A stretch of DNA of 64,000 nucleotides from Phallusia mammillata. Lineage: Eukaryota. The translations under genes were made by a program, and so were the position numbers. The notes below the pieces were generated by a model. It made no database searches. It had not been told where the DNA came from and was given only the letters and a program-made list of their open reading frames with translations. The stretch spans positions 10,354,001 through 10,418,000 of the forward strand of contig OZ281500.1 in NCBI GenBank assembly GCA_965637545.1, written 5' to 3'. Positions 49,975-62,215 of the stretch are shown piece after piece. How positions within the stretch are numbered: the stretch's first letter is position 1; every line of letters starts with the position of its first letter.

Positions 49975-51406
49975 GCGCAGCATAATGAGGCATGGATTGC
50001 TTTATTATCTTGTATATTTTAGCTATATATTATTTTATATGTAGAGTCCTATGACTCTCTTAACATGGACCATTTCTGATGCAGTATGCCTAACCTTTAG
50101 TTACTACTGAAATATTTTCAAGCTGGCTTTTTCCTTTTAGCATTGTTAGGGATGTTAACAAATACATCAAATGATGTAGACCAGGGGTGTCCAACACGTG
50201 GCACGCGTGCCAAAAGTGGCACGCAGAGCATTTGAAAATGGCACGCAGAGCATTTGAAAATGGCACGCGAGCTTTTGCACATTCATATGGTAAACATTAT
50301 CATTTGTTACGCAATTAAATTTGCTTCTATTGATTCCTCTTGGCCTTTAGTCTAACTTTGGTAAAGATGATCATTAGTAAAGTTATACAACCCACTGATT
50401 AAATTGCATTTTTAAAAGCAATTCACGTTTTTCAAATATAGCTGACCGTGTATTGTTGACGCCTAAACTTAGGTCATCTTGGATCAAATTTAGGCTGTTG
50501 CAGTGCTTTGCAAACGGACATTAAACACGGCTTAGGAAACCAAACCTACATAACAGCATCTAAAAGCGGCTCGAAGCACCTTGTATTATTGTTTGATGTT
50601 GGCCCAATGAATTGATTTAACCAAGAAATTTAGAATTATTTTATTTCAGAAAGTAGCTGTGCCACATAATATTAAAACGTGAGTGTACGTGCCATGTTTA
50701 TGTTGCAATAAAATGCCCGTTTATTTCGAATCAATTGTAATTGTTGCGTTTCAATCGATGTCAATTCAATTAATTACGTGACTACAAACGCATTTGTGGT
50801 TAGTTGGAAATACGTTTTAAAACCGACGTAACTTCAACAAAGATGCGATTTCGACGTTACACAAAGTACTCTCGCCAGCAAACTATTCGTATCTTGTGTC
50901 GCATAAACAGAATTAAAGGTTTCTGGAGTATCATGAACAAGTTTACTCGCATTTGACGACATATTTTTTTCTAACCATCTAATATGATTCTACATATTGG
51001 CCAAATATGCGGATTGAGCCCGTACCGTTAAGACGTTTTAGACATGGTTTGGAAAAAGTACCAAACGTTGGCACGCGAGTGTATTTTAAAACAAAAATTG
51101 GCAAGGCGGTGTAATCGAGTTGGACACCCCTGATGTAGACAAATCTTGCACTCTGATTCCTCTATCTGCCATAATGCTGTCTTTGGGTTAAGAAAACTCT
51201 GATTGATCAACAACTTCTCGTGCTGACCATGTATTAATTTCTTCCATCTGATAGAATAAATAAATTATCGGTTTCCACAACTTTTCAGTTTAAGGGTCAT
51301 AACGCTTGATAGCCACCTTCCTTTTCTCATACAGTTGACTATTAAGTGGAGATTTATGGCCACCTTTATTTTCCAGGCAATTTGGCACACAACAGTATTG
51401 TGACAT
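49975..51406 (-). pseudogene. Degenerate THAP + DDE (Harbinger-like) transposase, internally deleted and split by a MITE
   Basis: MSQYCCVPNC (THAP start) at 51406; DSIMADRG.RVQDL at ~51140-51185; after the 50182-51132 insertion, FVNIP..KGK.QL....V.K.R.TAS..VHVKRVIG (DDE_Tnp_4-type C-terminal motif). Confidence 0.78.
50182..51132. mobile_element. hAT (Buster-like) MITE, 951 bp, inserted in the ISL2EU transposase
   Basis: TIR CAGGGGTGTCCAAC / GTTGGACACCCCTG; perfect TSD ATGTAGAC at 50174-50181 and 51133-51140; internal 22-bp tandem duplication GGCACGCAGAGCATTTGAAAAT. Confidence 0.94.
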
Positions 51407-52765
51407 TGTATCAGCAATATGATTAATTTCTTAAACTTTTCTTTCAAACGTTCGACTTTATCAGACAACAGTAGCCCCTCAATACAAATCCGCCGCTAAC
51501 AATAACTGTTGCGTGGCGACATCGTGTGGTCATTTAATATTTTAATTAACTGCCCCATTGTTTGGGCACATTTAACACTCGTTTTCTTGTTTGTGACGTA
51601 ATAAACAGGTTTGAATCAATCCTGGGCGTTGTAATTCTATGAAACTAGGCAATATCAATTCTACATATCGCGACAACTTTCGTAAGGAGTAGATTAATTT
51701 TTGAATGTCACGAAGTTATCAAAACGATTTGACAAACCAAAAAATGTGGTCGCGGGCCGGATCCGGCCCGCGTGCCGTAGTTTGGTGACCCCTGTTATAG
51801 AGGCAGCATGCTTTATTTAATTGACCGGTTATGTTTGTTTCTTCGGTAACGAATAGGAAATTTGTGCTAATTGAACTGTTGTCAGTCGTCCAATGTGCAA
51901 TTTGTGCATTTCTGGACCATGGATTTCACCGTCATCAGCCAACGTGCTGTTGCTGTAAATAACTGTATTATTCCGGTAAGCTTTGATGCTTAAAGTCTCG
52001 CAGTTCATTACTAATGTGTTTGGTGATGTTTGTTAAATTTGATGCTGTTTTTGCAGAACTTAAAATCTACTGATCGCTTTGAATGTTACTGTTACATTGG
52101 TCCTATAATAGTTCGGTAAGAGTCAATTTTACTGATAATTTATTGTATATTGCCGTAACTAAAGTAGTGCCTATTTGCAGAAACCGCATTTGCCTTTGTG
52201 CTCGTCTTGCTGCTGAACCCTCGAGCGCCATCTCTGTCCTTAATTGCCTTAATAAAAGAATTCGTTATTTTGGCTCTTGGTGCCTTGGAGTTGTTGAGCG
52301 CGTGGAAAGGCGCGTTGCGAACCGTTCTAGGAATTTAAGCGATCGCCTATGCTGTGCTGTCTGGGCGCATAGAGTCACGCCCTCTACCAATTAAAAGACA
52401 GCGCAACAACAATAGTAAAAGAACTTATGTTTGCAAATTTACTAGTTTTAAAAGTTACAATGCAGTATATTTAAATACTAGCCTATAATTATTCAAACCA
52501 ATCAATATTGTTTGCTGTTATCCTGCATTATTTTTTAAGTTCTTTTTTTGCGGCTCCTTACACACTTGAATAACTACCTTTTGGTCCCGACAATAAAAAA
52601 GGTTGAGAACCACTGGTTTAAACTTTAAATAGTGTAGGCTTGCACTGGTAATTAATAAAGTTAATATTGTTATTAATACGCGTATGGGCGCTTGGATGTT
52701 CAGTGAACCTCAAATTTAACATATTTTGTTTGAAAAAACGGATGAATGAGCAAGTATCATGCTCG

Positions 52766-54622
52766 CAAGGGCGTCCGCACATAGGGGCAAATGGGGTCAG
52801 CTGACCCCCCCCCTGGAAAATTGTTGGATGAAAAACGATTATACGCTTGCTGTTCAATTTTTTTAGTTTTTTGACAAATGAAGCTATATGGTGATTTGTG
52901 GTTCGTAGATATCAAAATAATTGATTTTGGGGATTTTGTCCCGTTGCCTAAACCAGGGTTTCTCAAACTGTGGGTCGCGACCCCAATTGGGGTCGCGGAG
53001 TATAATTTTAGGGTCGCGAAACATCGTCCGTTATTATGTCATTCAGGTATTGTCACAATAAATGCTATATGTGCGTAAATTTATTGTTTAAACGTCATTT
53101 CCGTGCTGTATAGTCTATGCCAGGGGTACACAAGTGCGGCGATAGAGACGAGTTTGTTCGGCTGTGAACATGTTTATTAAAATGTATGTACTGGCGACCG
53201 TGACACAAATAAAAACTCTTTTGCCAAATAGTTTGATTTTTAAACTGCTCTAAACACATTTTGTGGAACTTAAAAGGTATTATCAGCCTAATAGCCATTT
53301 GCGCCCACTTTTTTGTGCCTATTGTGTGCAAACAGTGCGAAAAAGCAGATACCACAAGCGTCACAATGTATATTATGACATCATAAAAGCTAAGACTGTC
53401 AGTTTGTGTATCAAGTTAGAAACTAATTTAGGCTTTTTAGGCGCCATTAGATGGTATATATATAATATAAGTATTTCTCTACATCAGTAATTTTAAAACA
53501 CAAGCAAGCAGGCAATTGGCGGACGTTGGTACAATAAATAGCTGCGATACGGCCGTCATAGCAAAATAGTTGTGCACCACTGGGCTATACCCATCAAGCG
53601 GTCGCGTAGAAATTTCTGTTTGAAAATGGGGTCGCAGAGCAAGAAAGTTTGAGTAGCCCTGGCCTAAACTACCACTCATTTGTCCCGAGCACTTTAACCC
53701 GAAGGTACAAGACGGAAACCTAATCCAACTTTCGACTTTGGCGGTTTCTCTATCCGTTTAGTTGACAGAAATAACAAATAATTTTCGCGACAGCTTTGTA
53801 GTTTCCTGATTTCGCCGCTGCCATCTAGCTTACTCGGCAAAACTGCAGCTGCAAGATAAGCGATATAAGCGCCAGGTAAGATTCTCAATGAATGAACGCC
53901 TTTCTAAAGCGATAATGCTACTGTTAAGTTGCACAATGTCAAGAATGCACTAAAGTTGGTAACTGTAGAAGGCTTAAATTCAATGAACATCGATCTAATG
54001 TTCGTGACAAACTATTACGTGTTTGGCGAGTCGAAACAATACAATATTAAACGTTTTTATCCATTTTTTACTCATTTTACATTTTTAAAATGCAAAACAG
54101 GTTGATACGTTGCATTTAGTGCAGTTAACAACCAGCGTCTCAGCCGGAATGTAACTTTCCGATTGTTAGCGCATAAAACTCCTTATTCAACCCTTGTTAC
54201 GTCACAATTGGCGTTAGATAGCAAGCGAACGCAAGAGATTAAATCCTCGCGGCTTTGAGATAACGACTCCCTGTTATCGTGTAGCGGTAAACTAAACGAT
54301 TTGGGCCTATTTAATTTACGCACAACTTTTTGAAAAGGGCGGGTCTGGACCCCCCAATTATTCCCCCTAATGTATATATTACACCTTATGCAAGGTTCAC
54401 TTCAGCACGATAATAGTATGCAATAAAACGATTATATAACTCTGATAATTTTGTGCTCTTGCCAATTTTGATAAAAATCCGTAGAAATGTAAACACTGAT
54501 AAAAATGATAAATTGTCTGGATGGTGTAATGGTCAAATTTTCAAAAAAAATTTGCATCCGGCCGAAAGGGCAGAGTGAACCTACCTTGACCCCCGCTAAC
54601 CGAAAACCTGCGGACGCCCTTG
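52766..54622. mobile_element. Non-autonomous hAT-type element, 1857 bp, with a nested MITE
   Basis: 14-bp TIR CAAGGGCGTCCGCA / TGCGGACGCCCTTG; perfect TSD CATGCTCG at 52758-52765 and 54623-54630. Confidence 0.92.
52954..53661. mobile_element. hAT (Buster-like) MITE, 708 bp, nested in 52766-54622
   Basis: Ends CAGGGTTTCTCAAAC / GTTTGAGTAGCCCTG; perfect TSD GCCTAAAC at 52946-52953 and 53662-53669; GGGTCGC subterminal motifs. Confidence 0.92.
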
Positions 54623-55608
54623 CATGCTCGATTAAATAATTAAAGGGGAGAAAGACAGTGAAGCATAAACAAGCAAATTTAACGATACCTGCGTTATTGA
54701 CGTATCTTGTGTTGCTTCCACAATCTCCGTTTTACCATATTTCGAACAAACAAAATGGTTTACATGATAACGTTTTTTTTTATATTCATACATGTAAATA
54801 GGCCCACAGCCTAAGTACGTGTCAACTCTTGCCCCCTCTTGGAATTTTCTGCCAGCGCCAATGAATATGTACCTTTTTAGTGTTAAAACATTGAGTGTTA
54901 TGCCTGTAATTACCAATTATGTCTTGTCATATTTCCTAAACAATTTATTCAAATATATTGACAAAACTAATGAAGCAGGGAAAAATAAGTGCAGTTAAGC
55001 AGGTAAGAATAAGTGCTGCTATGGAATCACCCGGCTTCAGTTTTTAGCAACCGAAAATAGCGTGTAATCAGCTGAAGGGCGTTGGTACATTTTCTGCCCA
55101 AATATCAGTAAATTGTTATGGTACCTTATTTTCTACAGTCAAGCGTTTTGTTGTTTTTGTAAACATTAAAGTCCATTTAATCAGCTGCAAATGCATGAAG
55201 CAGATGTGTAGAATGTACCATTTCGTTTTTCGCAAGTTTTTTGGCGTTATTTTGCAAAATACTTCCATAAGATGTTGGAGAGAGATATTTTTAGAGGTTT
55301 TCTATTTGTCAGGCATTATTGCAACTGCACAAGTAGTGTTAATTGAACTCCTTGACTTTTCTGATCAAGCTTCACTTCCGTACGATAACCTAAAGTGCAT
55401 TTGTAAAGTTTCTTTTGGCAATATTTGTATGAAACAAATCGAACAAACGCACCACAAAAATAGAAAATGTCAACGAAAGCAAGCCAACTGATAGAAGCGG
55501 CTGCCTTAAAATAAACGTTACGTACAGTGCCCTGCGGTACAGATAAAATAAAAAACTTCACATAATAGAAAAAAATACTATATAAAATCCACAAATTGAT
55601 GAACGTAG

Positions 55609-58600
55609 CTACGTGTCCGAGGTAGATGAATTTGGTAACGGATCAAAGCTGTCTCGCGATATGCTGCGTTTGCGCGTGATCATTGCATGAAGGGTGTTGT
55701 CTTTCAGTTTGGAAGCACTTCGTGAGATCCGAGCTGAAACTGTTAATTGGGGAGACACTGACTCCGTTGGAGAATCAATGTCCAGTTTTCGGTTTAGCGA
55801 ACGTCGTTTGGTCCGGGGAGAAAGTACAGGCGACGGACTCCTAATTGCATTAGGATTTGATTTCGGCGAGTTTTGCTGGAACGTTTTTGGCAATTTATGT
55901 CGCACCGAAGTGGCACTGGCTTCATTTGATGTTTTTGAATGCTGAAGTTCTTTTCTTGGAAACTTTCGCGGACTTGTGCGGCGTGTGTTAATTGCTGGAG
56001 TGGTAACTGTACTAGTTTCCCCTGTAAGCCTGCGGGGGGACACCGAGGTCCGTGTTCTAGACAATTTTTGTTTTTGTCCAAACGAAGGCTTTTGGGGACT
56101 CAGGGAGCGGCGCCGTGTTCGAAGTATATTCGCGTTGTTAAGGGTTGGTGTGCTGCAAATACCAAGTGACTGATTGGGCTGTTTAAACCGCACTGCAGCC
56201 TTAATCGGTGATTTTTTTGTGACTTGCATGTTATTTTGGGGCAACGATTTTTCTTGAACTGCAAGACTAGCTCGTTTTAGGAATCTGAAAAAAAAACGGT
56301 TAACACAATCAAGTTCAAAGTGTTTTTCACTTAAAAGCGTGCAGATAACTTACGACTTGAGATGTAAATCGTTATTTGAAACGTATTGGTCAAGCCTCTG
56401 ATAATTGCTCCTCAACTCTCCATAGCTTTTATGTTCCACACTTCGACAATGCTATAAAAGTTATGTTTGGTAAAAAAATATAAAATATGTTAAAGCATAA
56501 CGTCAGGTTGGCAGCATATCTTACTTTTGATTCGTTTAGATAAGAGCATTGGCAACATTCACAAAAACCTTTCTGGTTGTCTTCTTTTTTCTTCTGTGAT
56601 TTTCTGCAGAAATGGTAAAATCATGAAATAAATTACACCTAAAAACAACTAGAAGGGTGGCTTAGCACATATTGCCCTTGCATATACACTATAACCTATT
56701 TTAAAACATAAATATATTTCCTATTCTGATTTTGTATTGGGTCCCATATTAGTCACCGTCTTTTATAACCTTAGTCGTTTCTGCAGGCAAAAACTCATGG
56801 GTCCCCACACATGCAAAGTTGAAAATAATGCAATTCAAGAGATAACCATGAGGAAGTCGGGTGTTGTAAGGTAAAACACAGTGATCGGCACTGGGCTTAA
56901 ATAATAATACTATGTAGAATACAAACTATAAAATTAGATTCACCCCAGATATTGTTTGAAGTAAGTCCTATTTAACGTTTTAAAAAACTGACCCATTTTA
57001 GGGGGCTAGTAGGGTAACTAATTGGGTTCGACACACAAACTAAAAAAATATAAAAAACACAATGACTCAATCAATAGTACTGCAAAATTTCAGCCCAATC
57101 CGCCAATGTTTAAAATTTCGACCACTAGAGGTGTTTGAGCAACAACCGTTAATGTTTCTGACGGCATAGGGCTGTTAACAAGTCCCTAGCTGCCATGGCG
57201 CAAAAAAGACCACCAAGCAACCCACCAACGAGCAACATACAACTGGTTGCCCTTGTAACACTATTACGCCAAAGAAATCTTTCGTTTGTGGTGCCCAGTA
57301 ACATACAAATACGTTTTACACTTTAGGGGCTTGTGGGGTAAATGTTAGGACTACAGGGTTGAACACAACAATCGACACCTATAAATGGCATACTATACAA
57401 GAAATCCAAACTTCAGCCAATTCTGACACTGTTTGAAAACTCACCCATTTTAGCGGGGTAAATACTAGGGTTATCAACAAAAACAAAGCGGAATGCACAT
57501 CTACATGAATATATCTACCATCTGTGTAAATTTCAGCCAAATCCATCAAACATTTGATGGAAAAACGAGTCGGACAAACTTTGGGTAAAAACACCCATTT
57601 TAGGGGGCTAGCGGGGTAAATACTGGGGTTATCAACAAAAACAAAGTGGGATGCACATCTACATAACCATATCTACCATGTGTGTAAATTTCAGCCAAAT
57701 CCATCAAACATTTGATGGAAAAACGAGTCGGACAAACTTTGAGGGAAAATACCTATTTTAGGGGGGCTAGCGCGGTAAATACTGGGGTTATCAACAAAAA
57801 CAAAGTGGGATGCACATCTACATAACTATATCTACCATCTGTGTAAATTTCAGCCAAATCCATCAAACATTTGATGGAAAAACGAGTCGGACAAACTTTG
57901 GGAAGAAAAAAAACAAAAACAATTTGAGTAAAATCAATATGTGTCCCCTTCAGGGAAGGGGACCCATAATTATTATTTAATGCATGCAGATAAGGAACAT
58001 CAGCAGTTGTATTGACTTACTTTGAAGCTGGTGAAGCTGAAGGGTTTACAAATGGACAACGATTTTTTAATCCTTCAAAATCAAGATATGTCACACTTTC
58101 CATCTCTTCATAAATTGGTTTACTTTGAAACAAACATGACAAAATGTTTAACTGAGCATTTTTTTTCAAATAAAATACCCACTGTTTTAAATCTTCAATT
58201 TTAATGCATGGTTCTCGCAAAACAATTGCTGTTGGTCTGGTTGGGTGGTTAATATCTGAAATAAACAACATGAGTATATGAAAAGATTAACTGTTTGTGA
58301 TTTATAAAATATGTGATCATGTTTAAATGTCAGAAAATCTAATGTATTAATTTTGCATACCTGTCTTTACAAGTTTTTCTTTTGTTTTTGAAAGCCATTC
58401 CCAAACCTCTAAAACCAAAAGTCAAACAGAAATATCAGAGTAAAACATATCAGAATTATTGGTCAACAATTTGAAATAAATGCAATTTTAGTGAAATGAA
58501 TCTTACCTTTAACATAACGAATTTTTATGCCGAGTTTCCTTGCTGTTTCAATTAAACTTGTTGATGAAGCCCGTTTCGACTTTGCTTTGTTAGCAATCTT

Positions 58601-59482
58601 TTTCCAGCGTACAGACTAAAAAGTAACAATTACTACAATATTTTTGTACATAGCAAGTCAAACATTTTTCCATGGTTTTTTATTAGTAAATTGTACCAGA
58701 GATGGGATTGAAAAAGAACTAAAAGTGCAACTGTAACTTACAGATGATGGTTTGTGTTCTGCAATATGAGGTGATGGAACACTTGTGTTGAATGGACTAC
58801 ACATATTTGATGGTGATGGTTGTTCAGCTAAAAATACACATTGACAATAAGCATATTAGTACAAACATATGGGTATATGTTTCAGACCAACCAAAAAAAG
58901 CTTTTTAAAAATTAGATTATTTCTTTGTGCATCGAACTATTTGTTCTAGAAATTACATTTTTGTGGAGGTAGCAAATTTTCCTCATTTGTCAAGGCAAAG
59001 TTTATGTTTCCATCCAGAAAGTCCTCCACAACCTAACAAATAGAAAAATCTTTGATGTATTGTAATAAATGAGTGTTTTAACAGAGGAATATGGTTAATA
59101 TAAAGTGCTTCATTTAAAAATACAAGATCAGAATGAGATTGCTGGGACAAGGGTTCTAAATAAATTTGCTTTGCTAAACCACAAGCAACCATAGCTAAAC
59201 TACACCAAGTTCATCCTGTGTATGCATAAAAGTGCTGTCACATAAGATACCAAAGTAACCCGTTATGTCATTGTATTTTACAAAGAAATGCATTGACTGT
59301 TTAATAGAATCACGAGTTTCCACAGAGCTGTTTAAAAACATACAATGTAAAAATGTACAAACCCCTCCAAGAAGCAGCAAGTTTTGCTTTAGTTTGTTGG
59401 CCATTCCCTTTTCCACTTTCGGATCAATGAAAAAGCGCTTCCCAGCCAATGGTAAACGACTCGACTTCGCTTCCTCGGCCAT
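55609..59482 (-). CDS. DBF4: DBF4/ASK, regulatory subunit of the Cdc7 kinase, 10 exons, ~488 aa
   Basis: Exons 59363-59482, 58957-59032, 58742-58827, 58507-58615, 58361-58408, 58183-58255, 58021-58122, 56525-56603, 56354-56451, 55609-56284. Motif N/BRCT (PLAGKRFFID...LLGG VVEDFL...ARKLGIKI), motif M (LREPCIKIEDLK.KPIYEEM) and motif C zinc finger (GFCECC...H....H). Confidence 0.88.
56832..57968 (+). mobile_element. Probable Helentron-like (Helitron group) non-autonomous element in a DBF4 intron
   Basis: Internal tandem array, then GAGTAAAATCAATATG and a terminal hairpin GTCCCCTTC-AGG-GAAGGGGAC followed by CCATAAT; no TSD or terminal TIR seen; left end uncertain. Confidence 0.6.
57444..57900. 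repeat. Tandem repeat, ~3 x 159 bp (plus a diverged copy near 56990-57110)
   Basis: TTATCAACAAAAACAAAG at 57471, 57629 and 57788; each unit contains AAATTTCAGCCAAATCCATCAAACATTTGATGGAAAAACGAGTCGGACAAACTTTG. Confidence 0.95.
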
Positions 59483-60034
59483 TGGTGAGCTTATAAGATT
59501 TTCGCTAAAAGTTTGAGATGTAAAACACTAAGCTTCATTTCATTAGAAGCAAAAAGCTGAGCACAGAAACGTATACGTAGGCTCGTACTTCGGTAATTGG
59601 CCCGAGTGTTTTTGAATGGTTCACTGAACACGATTAGTACACGCTTCAGTAAGCCGCAAATCTTTTTTATTGACGTACACAGACATCATAAATTCGGTTG
59701 TCTAATTGTTAAATATAAGCCGGTATGGTGATTTAGTTCATTTAATTAATGAAAGTTATGTATTATAAAGCATATATATTTATTTTTGTTTGTTTGGAGA
59801 ATTTTTCCTTGATGAAACGTTTGACTTTGACGTTTTGGTTGAAAACAAACCAAACAAAACGCACGTGGGTGGGTGGCAGTGGCAGTATGTATACACAAGA
59901 ACGCTTGCATGCATCAAACACTGGTCTACTATCAACACCTGTGCTATATTATATATAGTTAGGTACTATGTCAGGGTTTTCTTCGCAGCTTCGTGTCGTT
60001 AGTTAATTCTATGTGCCTAATTTTACAGAACATA
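59483..60034. promoter_or_regulatory. Shared divergent promoter region of DBF4 and EXOSC2
   Basis: Start codons are 552 bp apart on opposite strands; CpG-containing patch at ~59570-59720 between CpG-poor gene bodies. Confidence 0.7.
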
Positions 60035-62215
60035 ATGTCGAGTAGCACTATTGTTATAAAAGCTCCATCAAAAAGAAGGAATAATCCCATATATGCCCAT
60101 GCCAGCGAAGTGTTCTTAGTAACGCCGGGAGATGTCATTACAGAAGATGCTGACTACATGAGAGGACATGGTACCTACTTGCATGCCTGTTTTTGCAATT
60201 CATTTCTTACAGTTATTTTTTAATTAACACAAATTTTGCTTTATCAAAGTAGTTACTTCCTAACTCAATCTATGTGGCATTGCAAAGTTGTGTCAAAACA
60301 TTTTAAATTTTCAACCTTTTTAATAAAAGCCAAAAAAATCTTGGTTCTGGTAGGTTTTATGGTAAATGTAGAATTATGCTTTAATTAAATCCCCTCAACA
60401 TTTGAAGTTTTATAAGGCACCATTTTTTGTGTTGTAAACTTGTAAGCAATCTGGCAATAGCTTGAGCCTTGAACCTTAGTGCAATAATTAAACCTAAAAT
60501 ATTTCTGAACAGGAACATATACCAATGCTGGAGATGAAGATAACAAGCTGTATGCGTCTGTTGCTGGTGTTGTAGAGCGCATTAACAAGCTTGTTTGTGT
60601 TAAAGCCCTAAAAACAAGATACAATGGAGAAGTTGGAGATGTTGTTGTTGGTCGCATTAAAGAAGTTCAACAGAAAAGATGGAAGGTTTGGTTATTAGAA
60701 TGTTTTATGTTTATACCCAGTTAAAAACAAGCAAAAATACACACTCCAATTTTAACAAACTTTTTCAAATTACACCATATATATACATAGTTAATGTAAA
60801 AAGTATTAATGATTGGTTATTTTACATATATATTGTACAAATGTATCTTATTGAATTGGCATATTTTGTTTACATGTAGGTTGAGACTAATTCTAGATTG
60901 GACTCAACACTGCAAATATCATCTGTTAACCTTCCTGGTGGTGAACTAAGAAGAAGATCTGCCGCGGATGAACTAACAATGAGAGAATATTTGAAAGAAG
61001 GTGATCTAATAAGTGCCGAAGTTCAACAGGTACAGTGCACTGTCAGAAGGTCATTTTTTGCTAAAGTATATACATGATCCAGGGCCTTCTTATGTTGTTT
61101 TTGGTACACAAGTATTTAAAAGCATTGTAACTTCACTTTAGTTGAGAGTTGAGATCGTCCATTTACACCATTTACCCCCCAATATTCATTTGGTGATTAC
61201 ATACTCTTCAGGTCAGGAATACTAACCCTAATGTTAATTTAAACTGTTCCTTTCAGTCTTCAAATAGTAAAACTAAGAGAAAAACAAACTAGCAACTGAA
61301 CAGAGCAAATTTTTTAATAAAAAATATTTCTGGCAATATGATTTATATAGCACCAACATTTTAACAGGTTCATAATGATGGTATGTTGTCTTTGCACACA
61401 AGAAGTCTTAGATATGGCAAACTTGGACAAGGCTGTTGTGTTGTTGTTTCACCTTCATTGATAAAACGCAGGAAAAATCACATCCACAACTTGCCTTGTG
61501 GTGCTACAACTATTTTAGCCAACAATGGATACATTTGGATTTCTATTACATCTGGAGATGCATGCAATGAAGGTTTGTGCCTGTTTTAGTATTTGCAATT
61601 TTACAGAAAAGTGAAAAGCATAAAGCACCAATTTGCTAATCTTTTTTATGAAATTAAATGTCTTGTGCAGTTAATGGGACGAAGTGCTGGACAATGTTTT
61701 CTTCATCCTTAAGCGCTAAGCTGACCAGCTCAAACTTTAACAGATTAAATAGTTTCAAAACCACTTGTTTTTAGGCCAATGGAAAGATCAAAACATAAGT
61801 ACACAATGTGTCTACTGCAGGGATAGTGAACCTCAATAAAGCGAACAAACAAAACATGTTTGCATTTTACTAAACACTTAGTATCACTTGACTGCTTTAT
61901 TCTTTTTTAAGGTGATGGGGGGTTCAATGTAAACAAAGAACCGGTGCCATTAGAAGAGCGAGAAGTTGTTTGCAGACTAAAAAATTGCATTCAATGCTTG
62001 GCAAAATCGTCAGTGATGTTATATGACACAAGTGTATTGTATGCATATGAAAGCTCACTGCAATATCAGGTTTGTTTGTACATTGTTTTTATCTATCCAA
62101 GTATATATGGATTGGTCTCTTACAGGTCAAAGAGATTATGTCTGAAAAAGTTTCACTTGAAATTGTGAATCAAACCATATCACTACTTGAAAGAGAAAAG
62201 ACTGGAGATGGTTAG
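60035..62215 (+). CDS. EXOSC2: Exosome cap subunit RRP4, 6 exons, 303 aa
   Basis: Exons 60035-60170, 60513-60685, 60880-61029, 61368-61572, 61912-62069, 62126-62215; LVTPGDVIT...MRGHGTY, ASVAGVVERINKL...RYNGEVGDVVVGRI.EVQQKRWKV, VNLPGGELRRRS, LHTRSLRYGKLGQG, NNGYIWI, LYDTS. Confidence 0.96.

Larger units (their letters stand above)
48089..51556. mobile_element. Decayed ISL2EU-type (PIF/Harbinger group) DNA transposon with two convergent genes
   Basis: TIR GGGGCAGTTAA / TTAACTGCCCC plus inner TGTCGCCAC.CAACAGTTAT inverted block; AT on both flanks inside a CA-AT-TG target; carries SAP-SWIM-YqaJ remnants (+) and THAP-DDE remnants (-). Confidence 0.82.
47839..51794. mobile_element. hAT (Buster/Charlie-like) non-autonomous element interrupted by an ISL2EU-type transposon
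   Basis: 16-bp perfect TIR CAGGGGTCACCAAACT / AGTTTGGTGACCCCTG; perfect TSD TTATAGAG at 47831-47838 and 51795-51802; GCGGGCCGGAT subterminal motifs. Confidence 0.93.
46726..52615. mobile_element. Outer hAT (Buster/Charlie-like) element hosting nested insertions
   Basis: TIR CAGTGATTCTCAACC / GGTTGAGAACCACTG (14 of 15); GCGGCTC subterminal motifs at both ends; flanks GGTTGAAT / GTTTAAAC match only 5 of 8, so the pairing is probable rather than proven. Confidence 0.62.

Noticed and set aside
51803-52410. Coding-looking internal segment of the outer hAT element
   Set aside because: Only short ORFs with no recognisable motif.
57444-57900. CRISPR-like regular repeat
   Set aside because: Units are contiguous ~159-bp repeats without unique spacers, in a eukaryotic intron.
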